A DNA stretch of 64,000 nucleotides, from the sequence record SRR31156797_416; one strand, written 5' to 3'. A program made the position numbers and the translations under genes. The notes beneath the pieces were generated by a model that did no database searches, had not been told where the DNA came from, and saw only the letters and a list, made by a program, of their open reading frames with translations. Positions 40,187 through 50,641 of the stretch are shown here, piece after piece (position 1 is the first letter of the stretch; each line of letters opens with the position of its first letter).

Positions 40187-40311
40187 AATGAGAGGCTTTT
40201 TGGTTTAAAATTCAGTGATGTAAATTTTCCGCTAAAATAATACAGGAAGATTTATCGTTTGTAAGGGGTTAACGTAAGTTTAACTTAAAGTAATTTACTA
40301 ACACTACTTGC

Positions 40312-40346
40312 CGGCTCCCTGCTTAATTGCAGGGAGCTGTTTTTTT
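40312..40346 (+). terminator. Terminator-like hairpin with its U-tract on the + strand
   Basis: GCTCCCTGC/GCAGGGAGC stem followed by TGTTTTTTT. Confidence 0.65.
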
Positions 40347-40355
40347 ATCGGCTAA

Positions 40356-43298
40356 TTATTTTAACATTGCCATCCACATAATCTCCACCGGGTGATATGC
40401 CCTGCGGCCTGTTCCATCCTTGATCTGATGACGGCAGGATGTGCCTGGCGCAGCAATCAATGTTTCAACAGGCGTTTTTCTCACTTCCGGGAAAAGCACC
40501 AGTTCACCAACTTTCATCGAAACATCGTAATGTTCCTTTTCGTAACCGAACGATCCGGCCATACCGCAGCATCCTGATTTAATCTCTTCAACTTCAAAAT
40601 TTTCAGGGAATGATAACATGAATTTTGTTGGGGCTATGGATGCCAAAGATTTCTGATGACAGTGGCCATGAAGTTTGATTTTTTTGTTTTCATGTGTAAA
40701 CCTGTTCTTGTCTATCCGGCCCGCTTCAATTTCGCGCTGTATGAATTCATCAAACATCAGGGCGTTTTTACCCAAATCCTTTGCGTCATTCACCAATTCC
40801 TTATCCACAAGTTCCGGATATTCATCCCGGAAAGTCAGGATGCCCGAAGGCTCGATTCCCACAAGGGGCATGTTATGGTGCACCACATTTTTCAGCGCAG
40901 AGACATTATAATTCGCCAAAGTTTTTGCTTTTCGCACCAGCCCCTTGGAAAGGAATGTGCGCCCACTATCTTTGTGGTTGGTCAGGTGAACCTGGTAGCC
41001 AAGCCGGGTAAGCAATTCAACAGCTTTAATTCCGATTTCGGTGTCGTTGTATTCGGTGAACTCATCCACAAAAAAGTAAACTTTTCCAACTGCATTTCCA
41101 TCGGGGTTTATTTCCGGGAGGTTGCGGCTCATCCAGGCCCTGAGAGTGAATTTGTAAAGTGTAGGGATGCTGCGTTTTGGAGCGAATCCCAGCACACTTT
41201 TCAAAATACCCGAAGTGATTTTATTTGTGAAAATGAAATTGGAAATGGTGGGAACAATCATCCCAAGTTTGTTCAGTCGGGAAATGTATGCAATTGCACG
41301 GGTTCTTAAGGGGATGCCGTTTTCATCATAATAATGTTGCAGGAACTCGGCCTTGTACTTGGCAATATCCACGCTTGAAGGACATTCTGATTTACACCCT
41401 TTGCAAGAGAGGCAGAGATCCATCACATCGTAAATCTCCTGGTGGTCAAACGGGTTTTTCTTGGGCGAATTGGTCAGGAATTCACGCAGGGTATTAGCCC
41501 TAGCCCGGGTTGTGGTATTTTCATCACGGGTGGCCATGTAGCTGGGGCACATCGTTCCGCCAATGAGCTCCGATTTTCTGCAATCACCAGAGCCGTTACA
41601 CCTTTCTACAGCGCGCATCATGCCCCTATCAGATGAATAGTCGAAAACCGTTTCAATTTGTTTGGTTTCAGATCCCGGCACATACCTCAGGCTGGTTTTC
41701 ATGGAAGGTGTATCCACAATTTTACCCGGGTTAAAGATATTACCTGGATCCCAGGTTTGTTTCACCTCCTTCATCAGGTGGTAGTTGTGCTCACCCACCA
41801 TAAGCGGAATGAACTCACCACGTAGCCGGCCATCGCCATGTTCGCCACTAAGGGAGCCATTAAATTTTTTAACCAGTTTGGCTGTTTCAAGTGCCACTTT
41901 GTAAAAAAGTTCCACATCCTTCTCTTTTTTCAGGTCCAGTACCGGACGAAGGTGCAATTCACCGGTGGCAATGTGGGCATGGTAAACTGCGGTAAGATTG
42001 TGTTTTTTGAGGATTTTTTTGAATTCATCAATATATTCAGGCAGAACCTCCGGATTTACGGCCGTATCCTCCACCAAAGATACCGGCTTGGCATCGCCGG
42101 GGATATTCGAAAGTAAACCCAGTCCGGCTTTTCGTAACGCCCACACTTTTGGAATATCCAACCCAAAAACACGCGGGAAACGGTAGCCATACCCGGCCAT
42201 ACGCATGTCCTGTTCCAAAGCATTAGCAATGGCAAGGATTTCCTCTTTGCTGTCGCGGGCAAATTCGATGATTAAAATGGCAGCCGGATTACCATCAATG
42301 AAGAAACGGTTTTTGCGCTGTTCCAGGTTATCTTTGGTTTGTTGCAGGATCACGTCATCCATCAGCTCAATGGCTCCGGGTTTGTGTTTGAGCGCAATGA
42401 GGTTGGCATGAAAAGCATCTTCAAGTTTATCGAAGTGAACACAAACCAGCCCCTTTGTTTTTGGTGGCAGCGGAACCAGGTTCAGCTTAATTGCTGTTGT
42501 AAAAGCCAGCGTACCTTCTGATCCTGCAAGCAGTTTGCAAAAATTGAATCCTTCTCCCTTGTCATCAAACGGTTGGCTTTTCGCCAGGAGGTCCAGGGCA
42601 TAACCGGTATTTCTGCGTTCTACGTTCGGATCAGGGAACTCTTTATCAATTTCCAGACGATTTTCAGGTAAACTTAAGATACTTGCAATGTTTTTATAGA
42701 CTTTATTTTCCAGGTTGTTGCCAAATTGTTTTTGTTCAAACTCCTCATTGGTTAATTTTCCAAATGTAGCCTCTGAACCATCGCTCATAATAACGTCCAG
42801 TTCGAGTGTATGCTCGCGGGTGCTGCCATAAATAAGCGAATGGGCACCACAGGAGTTGTTGCCAACCATACCTCCCATAACACAGCGGTTTGCAGTAGAT
42901 GTTTCAGGGCCAAAAAATAAACCGTGTTTTGCGGCTTCGATATTGAGTTCATCGAGTACCACTCCGGGTTCTACCAGTGCCCACTTTTCAGCTTTGTTTA
43001 TTTCAAGGATTTTGTTCATGTGGCGCGAAATATCCACCACAATTCCTTCGCCCACAACCTGTCCGGCAAGGGAAGTGCCTGCCCCTCGCGGAATTAGTGG
43101 GGCCTGATGCTCAGAAGCAAACATTACTAGTTTCCTGATGTCGTTTTTGTTTTTGGGCCTGGCAATGGCTAAGGGCAATTCCCGGTAGGCTGAAGCGTCA
43201 GTGGCATACTGGATACGTGATGCATTATCCATAAAAATATCACCATCAAAATCCGGCTTTAGTTTTTTCAGTGATTCGAGTACTGTTGATCTATCCAT
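40356..43298 (-). CDS. FAD-linked oxidoreductase with Fe-S and CCG domains (YdiJ-like D-2-hydroxyacid dehydrogenase family)
   Basis: YATDAS, PRGAGTSLAGQ, GEHGDG, CxxxxxC and CLSCKGCKSECP clusters, HGHCHQ, CCGMAG; TAATTTTG at 43324-43331. Confidence 0.9.
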   Translation of the reverse strand: MDRSTVLESLKKLKPDFDGDIFMDNASRIQYATDASAYRELPLAIARPKNKNDIRKLVMFASEHQAPLIPRGAGTSLAGQVVGEGIVVDISRHMNKILEINKAEKWALVEPGVVLDELNIEAAKHGLFFGPETSTANRCVMGGMVGNNSCGAHSLIYGSTREHTLELDVIMSDGSEATFGKLTNEEFEQKQFGNNLENKVYKNIASILSLPENRLEIDKEFPDPNVERRNTGYALDLLAKSQPFDDKGEGFNFCKLLAGSEGTLAFTTAIKLNLVPLPPKTKGLVCVHFDKLEDAFHANLIALKHKPGAIELMDDVILQQTKDNLEQRKNRFFIDGNPAAILIIEFARDSKEEILAIANALEQDMRMAGYGYRFPRVFGLDIPKVWALRKAGLGLLSNIPGDAKPVSLVEDTAVNPEVLPEYIDEFKKILKKHNLTAVYHAHIATGELHLRPVLDLKKEKDVELFYKVALETAKLVKKFNGSLSGEHGDGRLRGEFIPLMVGEHNYHLMKEVKQTWDPGNIFNPGKIVDTPSMKTSLRYVPGSETKQIETVFDYSSDRGMMRAVERCNGSGDCRKSELIGGTMCPSYMATRDENTTTRARANTLREFLTNSPKKNPFDHQEIYDVMDLCLSCKGCKSECPSSVDIAKYKAEFLQHYYDENGIPLRTRAIAYISRLNKLGMIVPTISNFIFTNKITSGILKSVLGFAPKRSIPTLYKFTLRAWMSRNLPEINPDGNAVGKVYFFVDEFTEYNDTEIGIKAVELLTRLGYQVHLTNHKDSGRTFLSKGLVRKAKTLANYNVSALKNVVHHNMPLVGIEPSGILTFRDEYPELVDKELVNDAKDLGKNALMFDEFIQREIEAGRIDKNRFTHENKKIKLHGHCHQKSLASIAPTKFMLSFPENFEVEEIKSGCCGMAGSFGYEKEHYDVSMKVGELVLFPEVRKTPVETLIAAPGTSCRHQIKDGTGRRAYHPVEIMWMAMLK

Positions 43299-43488
43299 GC
43301 TTAATTTCCCAAATAGTAGGCATCAAAATTAATGAATTGGGTTGATTTTTGAATTTATCATTAATGCGAATCATTCTAAATATGTAGCGTTGAGTGAAAA
43401 CTTTTAAAAATATTTTAAAAACCACACCGCGTTGTCGTACATTTGTTTTGCTAAGTTCAACAATTTACTCATCAAATCACGCACACCA

Positions 43489-44790
43489 ATGAAAAGAATC
43501 AGTCTTTTTGTTGTAATTCTGGTTATCGCCGGTTTTGCGCTTGGGCAATCCACATCGCAGGATGGCCGGTGTATCATAGAAAAACAACTCAACACCAATC
43601 TCATTCAGGTTGCCGATGAAATCGGCGACTTCACCATCACCGATTCCGATGGTGTAACTCACAACCTGTACGAATCACTCGATGCAGGGAAAACAGTGTT
43701 TATCGACCTGTTTTTTACCACATGACCGAGTTGCCAGACATATGCCCCAGTTATTGAAGCGGTATATGTCAATACAGGATCAGGGGACGGCAACATCCTG
43801 ATGTGGGGCCTCACACCCCAGGACAACAATACTCAAATCAACACCTACAAACAAACTTATGGGATCACAAATCCTTGTGCCGGCACAGAAGGCGGAGGCC
43901 CGGCAGCGATTAATACTGTTAATAGCGGACAACCTTTCATCGGTTATCCTACCTATATTGTAGTATGCCCCGACCATACGGTACATTACGATGTATGTTG
44001 GCCACCATCAGAAACCTGTTTCGATCCGTATTTTGAAGATTGCGGAGCAACAGGCATTACAGCGCTTTTCGAGGCCGATATAGAAGAACTTTGTGAGGGG
44101 GGCGAAGTTAGTTTTACCGATTTGTCCACACCGGGTGTCACAAGCTGGGAGTGGACATTCGAAGGTGGAACTCCTGAGACTTCCAACGAGCAGAACCCGG
44201 TGATTATGTATGAAACTGCGGGAACTTTTGATGTTTCCTTAACAGTTTCAGATGGAGCCAACTCAGCTTCTGTGGAAAATGCTGATATGATCATGGTTCA
44301 TACACTTCCGGAAGTTACAATGGAATCACCCGGTGAAGTCTGCCTGGAATGGGAGCCATTTGAACTGACCGGTGGCATGCCGGAAGGCGGCGAATATTCG
44401 GGGCCGGGGATTATGGATGGGATGTTTGATCCACTCGCCGTTGGCCTTGGAACTTTTACTATAACCTATACATACATGAATGAGTTTAATTGTGAAAGCT
44501 TTGCTGAAGCAGAGGTTATCGTAACTTCTTGTGTCGGGATGGAAGATTTTGATGGATCATCACTCACGGTTTATCCAAACCCATCCAATGGAACTTATAA
44601 TGTGGTTTCTGGTTCTGAAAATAACGTAGAGCTGGAGGTATTCAATTCGAGCGGCCAAAAGGTCATGAATGCGCTTATCAATGGATCAGGTACAATCGAC
44701 CTCTCGGGCAAGCCGGATGGTATCTATTTCCTGAGATTAAATGATAAAGCTAAGTACAAAATTATCCGCCTCGTTTTAATGCATGAATAG
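43489..44790 (+). CDS. Candidate selenoprotein (433 aa): signal peptide, redoxin/thioredoxin-fold domain with U79-P-S-C82, PKD domain, Ig-like segment, T9SS CTD
   Basis: DFTITDSDG...GKTVFIDLFFTT-TGA-PSCQ reads in frame into the 43801 ORF. cis-Pro-like GYPT, PKD WEWTFEGG, C-terminal VYPNPS...GIYFL. TACATTTG promoter element at 43438-43445. Confidence 0.8.
43737..43770 (+). promoter_or_regulatory. Candidate bacterial SECIS hairpin
   Basis: GACATATGCC/GGTATATGTC 10-bp stem (one G-U pair) starting 11 nt after the TGA at 43723-43725. Confidence 0.55.
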
Positions 44791-44812
44791 CGATTCGATT
44801 CATATTTTCAAC

Positions 44813-44853
44813 ATAAAAAAATAGCCCCGGTTTTGAGGGACTATTATTTTTAT
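44813..44853. terminator. Probable bidirectional terminator
   Basis: A-tract-AATAGCCC...GGGACTATT-T-tract between convergent genes; the stem is imperfect. Confidence 0.5.
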
Positions 44854-44865
44854 TCCTTTTCTGTG

Positions 44866-47097
44866 CTATTGTATAAGGAGTTTTCGGTAATCTGTTTTAT
44901 CGCCTGATCGTATAACAAACTGGTAGAAGCCCTTTGGTAATTTCGAAACGTCAATTGTTGATTTTCTGGTACCTTCCGGAACAGGTTGGGTTTTAACAAG
45001 CATTCCTGCAATATTAAATATTTCAATTGATGAATTATTGTTATGATTGGAAAGCAAAACTTCAACAACCGAATTGGCCGGATTTGGATACAGGTTTTCG
45101 ATCAAACCGGATTCATTAGGTAGATTTTTATCCAAACCAACAGTTAATTCTGGCATCATCCTGAAATTTACCGGAACATTTACAGACGGATTCAGTACGT
45201 CGTTGCTGTTGATCACAATTTGTGCTTCCATCAGTGTATCTTCCATGATGGCCATCAGCCTCACATACATGGTATCAGAATCCAATGGCTCTGTCACACC
45301 AAATGTTGGCTCAATCAGCTTAATCCATCCGGGAGGAGGAGTAGTAGCCAGATCGTAAACCACAATCTTATCGGCATTTGTTGTGGTGTCATTCCAACTG
45401 TCATGCAGGGCGATCATCGTGAGCTTGTTTTCCTGCCAGTTAGGAGTTATAAAAATATCTTCTGGCTCATCTGATTGTGCCGGATCGAGGCTCATGTTGA
45501 CACCATCAAACTCAACACCTGTAGGTGCTGCAGTGTTTGGATTTAATCGTAATGCTTTAATTTCGCCATTTTCAATGTAGTATGCCCAGAGGTATGGGCC
45601 TCCCGGGGACCAGTTATCCCACGATAACCCCTCAATATCATAATCTGTCACGAAGAAATTTATCTCATCACCATCCTTATTGATAACCTTGATAGCTCCA
45701 ACACCATTGCCAAGGTAAAATAGCTCTTGCTGTGGGTCATATGCCAGACCATCTGCAAAGAAGCTTCCTTTAAAATAGGATTCCAGTGTACCACCGGTTT
45801 CCGGATTTATTTTATTGATGGTGTATTGGGTGGTTGCATAAAGGAATTCATCATCAGCAGTTATTGCCGACCATCCATAACTAAATGCGTAATTAATAGA
45901 AGTACTGACGATTTCGGAGCCATCTTTTTTGATCTTGTAAACTCGAAACTGATCATCAAAATTGGTTGAAGTATTTATATAAAAGTGATCGTTTATAAAT
46001 GCAATCCCACGCATTCTGTTGTCAGGTACCGGGCCTGTTAGTGCAGTTACATCAAATTTTAGTAGTGTATCGCCAAGTATGCCGTTGGGATCCCACATGC
46101 CGGGATATTCCAGGTTGGCAAACCAGTTGAGGTTCGATGAATTATCCAGGTTAGAAATATACACCGGAACATCCAGAGTGTCTCCGGGCATCACTTGATT
46201 CTGTATGGATTCAGGAGTTACGCTGATTTCCGGCCCGGGAACACCAGTTCCTTCAGGATCCAGATCATAGGCAACAACCCAATCGAGCTGATCATTGTAA
46301 GATGCATATGATGAACCATGTACACCGATCAAGGTCAGTCTACCGTCGATAAGCTGGTCGGTGATGGTTGCCCCTGCTGCTCCATCAGCTGCATAAGGGC
46401 CGAGTGGGTTCATGATAACACCTTCAAAAGTAACTTCAGTAAGCGTCCCGGTTTGGACGTTTAACTGAAAGGCTTTTGGCCTTACGTCGCTGGGGGTATA
46501 TTTCATGGCCCATATCCAAAGGTAGGGTCCGCCTTCTGAAACATTATCCCATGCCAGTCCCGACATACCCTGGTCAGGAATGAATCCAACTGAATTGTAA
46601 ATATTTCCCTGTTTGTCAACTTCATAAATGATTGAGTTTTCTCCGGCAATCCAAAAATGATCGGTTTCCGGATCATAGGTGATGCCCTTGTTATAATACA
46701 GAGGTGCATCAAAAGTATAACCTGTTTTCTGTCCTGTTCCTATGTCAATCTGCCATACACTGTCCATCCCTGCGGCCCACAGGTGTTTGCCATCGTAGGC
46801 CAATCCGGCCCAGCCAACAGCTTCAATCCCGTATTCGTAAGTTTCAACCAGAGTCTGGCCATCAGCAGTAAACTTGTAAAGTTTATGCTGCCACAAATCG
46901 TCCGGGTCAGCGCCGGTCATCCAAAGGTAACCATCAACATACTCCACACCAAAAATGGCACGGTCCGGAGTTGGGGTAAGCACCCCTGCATTGAATGAAA
47001 ACAGGGTATCGCCAAGCGAGGTTTCCTGAGCATTTGCAGCTTGATTAAACAATAAGATTGTGAGGCCAATAAAAAGGAAGTGTCTGATATTTTTCAT
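44866..47097 (-). CDS. T9SS-secreted protein with two duplicated beta-propeller-like domains
   Basis: Signal peptide. Two LGDTL...GLAYD/GITYDP...GLxWDNxSxGGPYLW units. C-terminal LYPNPA...GFYQF...KLLIQ. Confidence 0.75.
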   Translation of the reverse strand: MKNIRHFLFIGLTILLFNQAANAQETSLGDTLFSFNAGVLTPTPDRAIFGVEYVDGYLWMTGADPDDLWQHKLYKFTADGQTLVETYEYGIEAVGWAGLAYDGKHLWAAGMDSVWQIDIGTGQKTGYTFDAPLYYNKGITYDPETDHFWIAGENSIIYEVDKQGNIYNSVGFIPDQGMSGLAWDNVSEGGPYLWIWAMKYTPSDVRPKAFQLNVQTGTLTEVTFEGVIMNPLGPYAADGAAGATITDQLIDGRLTLIGVHGSSYASYNDQLDWVVAYDLDPEGTGVPGPEISVTPESIQNQVMPGDTLDVPVYISNLDNSSNLNWFANLEYPGMWDPNGILGDTLLKFDVTALTGPVPDNRMRGIAFINDHFYINTSTNFDDQFRVYKIKKDGSEIVSTSINYAFSYGWSAITADDEFLYATTQYTINKINPETGGTLESYFKGSFFADGLAYDPQQELFYLGNGVGAIKVINKDGDEINFFVTDYDIEGLSWDNWSPGGPYLWAYYIENGEIKALRLNPNTAAPTGVEFDGVNMSLDPAQSDEPEDIFITPNWQENKLTMIALHDSWNDTTTNADKIVVYDLATTPPPGWIKLIEPTFGVTEPLDSDTMYVRLMAIMEDTLMEAQIVINSNDVLNPSVNVPVNFRMMPELTVGLDKNLPNESGLIENLYPNPANSVVEVLLSNHNNNSSIEIFNIAGMLVKTQPVPEGTRKSTIDVSKLPKGFYQFVIRSGDKTDYRKLLIQ

Positions 47098-47190
47098 TTG
47101 TTCATGTAGTGTTTGATTAAAACTCTTTGCCATTGCAAGTTACAACTAAGACCGGAAAAAGTTTGTAAGGTGCCTGAAAAAAATGTTAAA

Positions 47191-47224
47191 TAAAAACCCC
47201 TGACCTGATGGAAAGGGGTTTTTA
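47191..47224 (-). terminator. Terminator after the nqr operon
   Basis: TAAAAACCCCT/AGGGGTTTTTA inverted repeat. Confidence 0.75.
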
Positions 47225-47252
47225 AATTTTATTATGATGTGTTTAACCTGAA

Positions 47253-48509
47253 TTAGCCACCAAAATCGTCAAAGGCGATATTTTCAGGAGGAACACCGTA
47301 ATCGTCGAGCATTTTAAGCACAGCATCATTCATCATTGGCGGGCCACAAATGTAATATTCGATTTCTTCAGGTTCAGGATGATTTTTTAAATAATTATCC
47401 ATGATAACCTGATGGATGAAACCGGTATAGCCGGTCCAGTTATCTTCTTCCTTGGGCTCAGAAAGTGCAACATGAAATTTAAAATTGTCGTTTTCTTCCT
47501 GGATTTTTTCAAAATGATCCATGTAGAACAACTCGCGCATTGAGCGGCCACCATACCAGAATGTGGCTTTGCGGTCGGTTTTTTTGGTTTGGAAAAGATC
47601 GAAAATATGTGAGCGCATTGGAGCCATGCCGGCACCACCACCGATAAACATCATTTCCTTGTCGGTAGGTTTGATGAAAAATTCGCCATAGGGGCCTGAA
47701 ATAGTAACCTTGTCGCCGGGTTTTCTTGAGAAGATGAATGATGAACAAATTCCGGGGTTCACTTTCATGAAGCCATTGGCTTTGCGGTCCCACGGGGGAG
47801 TTGCAATACGGATATTGAGCATCACAATATTTCCTTCTGCAGGGTGGTTGGCCATGGAGTAAGCCCGGAATATGGGTTCCGGGTTCTTCATCTTCAGGTC
47901 CCACATATTGAATTTATCCCACTCATCGCGGTATTCCTCTTCTACATCCATGTCTTTAAAGTCGACCACGATTGGCGGCACATCAATCTGAATATAACCA
48001 CCGGATTTGAAGTCGAGGTTTTCGCCTTCGGGAAGTTTAACAACGAACTCCTTGATAAAGGTAGCCACATTGTGGTTTGAAACAACTTCACATTCCCATT
48101 TCTTAATACCAAAAATCTCAGGTGGGACATTTATCTTCATATCCTCACGGATCTTTACCTGGCACCCCAGGCGCCAGTTGTTCATCTGTTCCTTACGGGT
48201 AAAATAGCCTACCTCGGTAGGAAGGATGGAGCCACCTCCTTCCATCACCTGGCATTTACACATGGCACAGGTACCGCCACCACCACAAGCTGAAGGCAGA
48301 TAAATGCCCTGGTTTGAAAGTGTGGTAAGCAATGTGCTTCCCGGATCCACTTCCATCTCCTTTTCTTCGTTGATGGTGAGATTAACTTTTCCCTGGGGAG
48401 TTAATTTTAAACGGGCAAAAAGTAAAAGTGCCACCAGTGAAATGATGATAATAAGAAAGATGGCAATACTTACGCCGATAACTCCTCCGATTCCAGTTGC
48501 TAAAATCAT
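47253..48509 (-). CDS. nqrF: Na(+)-translocating NADH:quinone reductase subunit F
   Basis: [12 protein letters not shown] 2Fe-2S motif, [27 protein letters not shown]. Confidence 0.97.
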   Translation of the reverse strand: MILATGIGGVIGVSIAIFLIIIISLVALLLFARLKLTPQGKVNLTINEEKEMEVDPGSTLLTTLSNQGIYLPSACGGGGTCAMCKCQVMEGGGSILPTEVGYFTRKEQMNNWRLGCQVKIREDMKINVPPEIFGIKKWECEVVSNHNVATFIKEFVVKLPEGENLDFKSGGYIQIDVPPIVVDFKDMDVEEEYRDEWDKFNMWDLKMKNPEPIFRAYSMANHPAEGNIVMLNIRIATPPWDRKANGFMKVNPGICSSFIFSRKPGDKVTISGPYGEFFIKPTDKEMMFIGGGAGMAPMRSHIFDLFQTKKTDRKATFWYGGRSMRELFYMDHFEKIQEENDNFKFHVALSEPKEEDNWTGYTGFIHQVIMDNYLKNHPEPEEIEYYICGPPMMNDAVLKMLDDYGVPPENIAFDDFGG

Positions 48510-48547
48510 CTTATTGAATATTTTAGAGTTGTACTATTTTTTATTAA

Positions 48548-49165
48548 CTACAGTTTGATGCCCATGAAGCTCATGAAGGCAATGCCCATTAATCCGGTAA
48601 TGATAAATGTTATACCAAGTCCACGCAAAGGAGCCGGTACATTTGAATACCTGATTTTTTCACGAATGGCAGCGATACCAACAATCGCCAGGAACCAACC
48701 TACTCCCGAACCAAGTCCAAACGAAGTGGCCTCGGCAATGCTGGCATATTCTCTCTCCTGCATAAAAAGTGAACCACCAAGTATGGCACAGTTTACAGCG
48801 ATTAGAGGGAGAAAAATACCCAGTGACGAATAAAGTGCAGGCGAGAATTTCTCAATTACCATTTCAACAAGCTGCACCATAGATGCGATTACAGCAATGA
48901 ACATAATAAAACTGAGGAAACTCAGGTCTACGTCAGCCAGTGAGGGGTTGAGCCATGTCAATGCACCCGGCTGAAGCAGGTAATTGTTAATCAGGTAGTC
49001 GACCGGTACCGTTATACCGAGCACGAAGACTACAGCGATGCCCAGACCGACTGAAGTTTTCACGGTTTTCGAAACTGCCAGGTAAGAACACATACCCAGG
49101 AAGTAGGCAAAAACCATATTGTCAACGAAAATGGACTTTACGAATATGTTAATTAAGTTCTCCAT
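48548..49165 (-). CDS. nqrE: Na(+)-NQR subunit E
   Basis: [23 protein letters not shown]. Confidence 0.96.
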   Translation of the reverse strand: MENLINIFVKSIFVDNMVFAYFLGMCSYLAVSKTVKTSVGLGIAVVFVLGITVPVDYLINNYLLQPGALTWLNPSLADVDLSFLSFIMFIAVIASMVQLVEMVIEKFSPALYSSLGIFLPLIAVNCAILGGSLFMQEREYASIAEATSFGLGSGVGWFLAIVGIAAIREKIRYSNVPAPLRGLGITFIITGLMGIAFMSFMGIKL

Positions 49166-49227
49166 TTTAATCTTGTTTTTTCTTTGTTAATCAAATTCTT
49201 AAATCTGACATCGGATATCTTATATCC

Positions 49228-49872
49228 TTAATTCTCTTCAATCAGTTCTTTATCTCTGCTGCGCTGCACCCAGATGATTACACCAACCGTAATCAGTGCC
49301 ATTGGTGGAAGGATCATGAGGCCGTTGTCTTTGTAACCAAATTCATAAAAAGATTCAGGAACTACCTGGTACCCCCAAACAGTTCCAGAACCAAGCAGTT
49401 CACGGAAAAAGGCCACAACGATAAGAATCCAACCATAACCTGCAGCGTTTCCAACTCCGTCGAGGAATGATGGCCATGTTTTGTTGCTCATGGCAAAGGC
49501 CTCGAAGCGACCCATGATGATACAGTTGGTGATGATCAACCCAACAAACACTGAAAGTTGTTTGGAAACATCATACAAAAATGCTTTTAGTACCTGGTCA
49601 ACAAGAATTACCAGTGAGGCGATTACAACCAACTGAACGATGATACGGATACGTGGAGCAATGGTTTTACGCAGTAACGAAATTACCACATTACCAATAG
49701 CCATAACGGCGACCACAGAAAGGGTCATTACGAAAGCCGGTTCAAGTTTAACGGTAACCGCCAGTGCTGAACAAATCCCCAAAACCTGAATGGTGATTGG
49801 GTTTTCCTTACTGAGCGGTGTTGTAAGCAGTTTCCTGTTTTTTGCTGAAAATAAGGGTTCTTTAATGCTCAT
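49228..49872 (-). CDS. nqrD: Na(+)-NQR subunit D
   Basis: QVLGICSALAVT, LIITNCIIMGR. Confidence 0.96.
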   Translation of the reverse strand: MSIKEPLFSAKNRKLLTTPLSKENPITIQVLGICSALAVTVKLEPAFVMTLSVVAVMAIGNVVISLLRKTIAPRIRIIVQLVVIASLVILVDQVLKAFLYDVSKQLSVFVGLIITNCIIMGRFEAFAMSNKTWPSFLDGVGNAAGYGWILIVVAFFRELLGSGTVWGYQVVPESFYEFGYKDNGLMILPPMALITVGVIIWVQRSRDKELIEEN

Positions 49873-49874
49873 AA

Positions 49875-50630
49875 TTACTTGTTTTTCTTGATGTAAGGAA
49901 CATAATTTTCAAGGCAGTCTTCAAGCATAACTGAAACGCCATCACTTGTAATCGTGCCGCCTGAGATGGCATCAACACCATGGTCAACGGGGATGTTACT
50001 ATTAGCAACTCCACCCTTTACAACTTTTACCGAAACAAAGTTGCCTTTATCATCAAAAATGGTTTTGCCTTTAAATTCATCTTCAAACCAGTCGGTGTTT
50101 ATTTCTGCACCAAGTCCGGGGGTTTCCCCTTTATGGTCGAAAGTTGCTCCTGAGATGGTATTAAAATCAGATTCAAAAGCAATGTTGCCCCATACCGGAC
50201 CCCAAAGCCCCATACCACGAACCGGCACAACATAACTTCTTTTGCCATTATTTTCCATGACAAAAATGGGCCACATGGGATTCTTGGTTCCTTTTCCGGA
50301 TTCAAGGTTTTTTTTAAGGTCTAATTGTTCCTTGAGTTTAATTTCAAAAGGCCTTGTATCACCCTTTTTTAGTTCACCATCCTTATAATGGCTGACTACA
50401 TTACCGTCAGAATCGATGGCAAATTCCTCGATGATCTTCTGGTTGTATATTTCTTCGGCGCCATCCCTTTCGGATGCAATATTTGCAGAAGCCAGGATGC
50501 CCTGAATTTTTTCAGCTTTGACATTGGCAAGCTGAAATGGCTTTAGTACCATTGCTGCCGATGATAAAATGGCAGCAACAACGATCACCATGATCGACGC
50601 ATATGTAAAAATATATCTGTTTGTAAACAT
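49875..50630 (-). CDS. nqrC: Na(+)-NQR subunit C
   Basis: Start MFTNRY, GLWG, HKGETPGLGAEI, FMN site ISGGTITS. Confidence 0.95.
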   Translation of the reverse strand: MFTNRYIFTYASIMVIVVAAILSSAAMVLKPFQLANVKAEKIQGILASANIASERDGAEEIYNQKIIEEFAIDSDGNVVSHYKDGELKKGDTRPFEIKLKEQLDLKKNLESGKGTKNPMWPIFVMENNGKRSYVVPVRGMGLWGPVWGNIAFESDFNTISGATFDHKGETPGLGAEINTDWFEDEFKGKTIFDDKGNFVSVKVVKGGVANSNIPVDHGVDAISGGTITSDGVSVMLEDCLENYVPYIKKNK

Positions 50631-50641
50631 AACTGATAGTT

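Noticed and set aside
40656-41309. Long antisense ORFs (here and e.g. 14535-15032, 20676-21161)
   Set aside because: They are shadows of well-supported genes on the opposite strand and have no recognisable motifs.
43801-44790. Independent 329-aa PKD/T9SS gene
   Set aside because: A CTD protein needs a signal peptide, which is encoded in frame upstream of the TGA.
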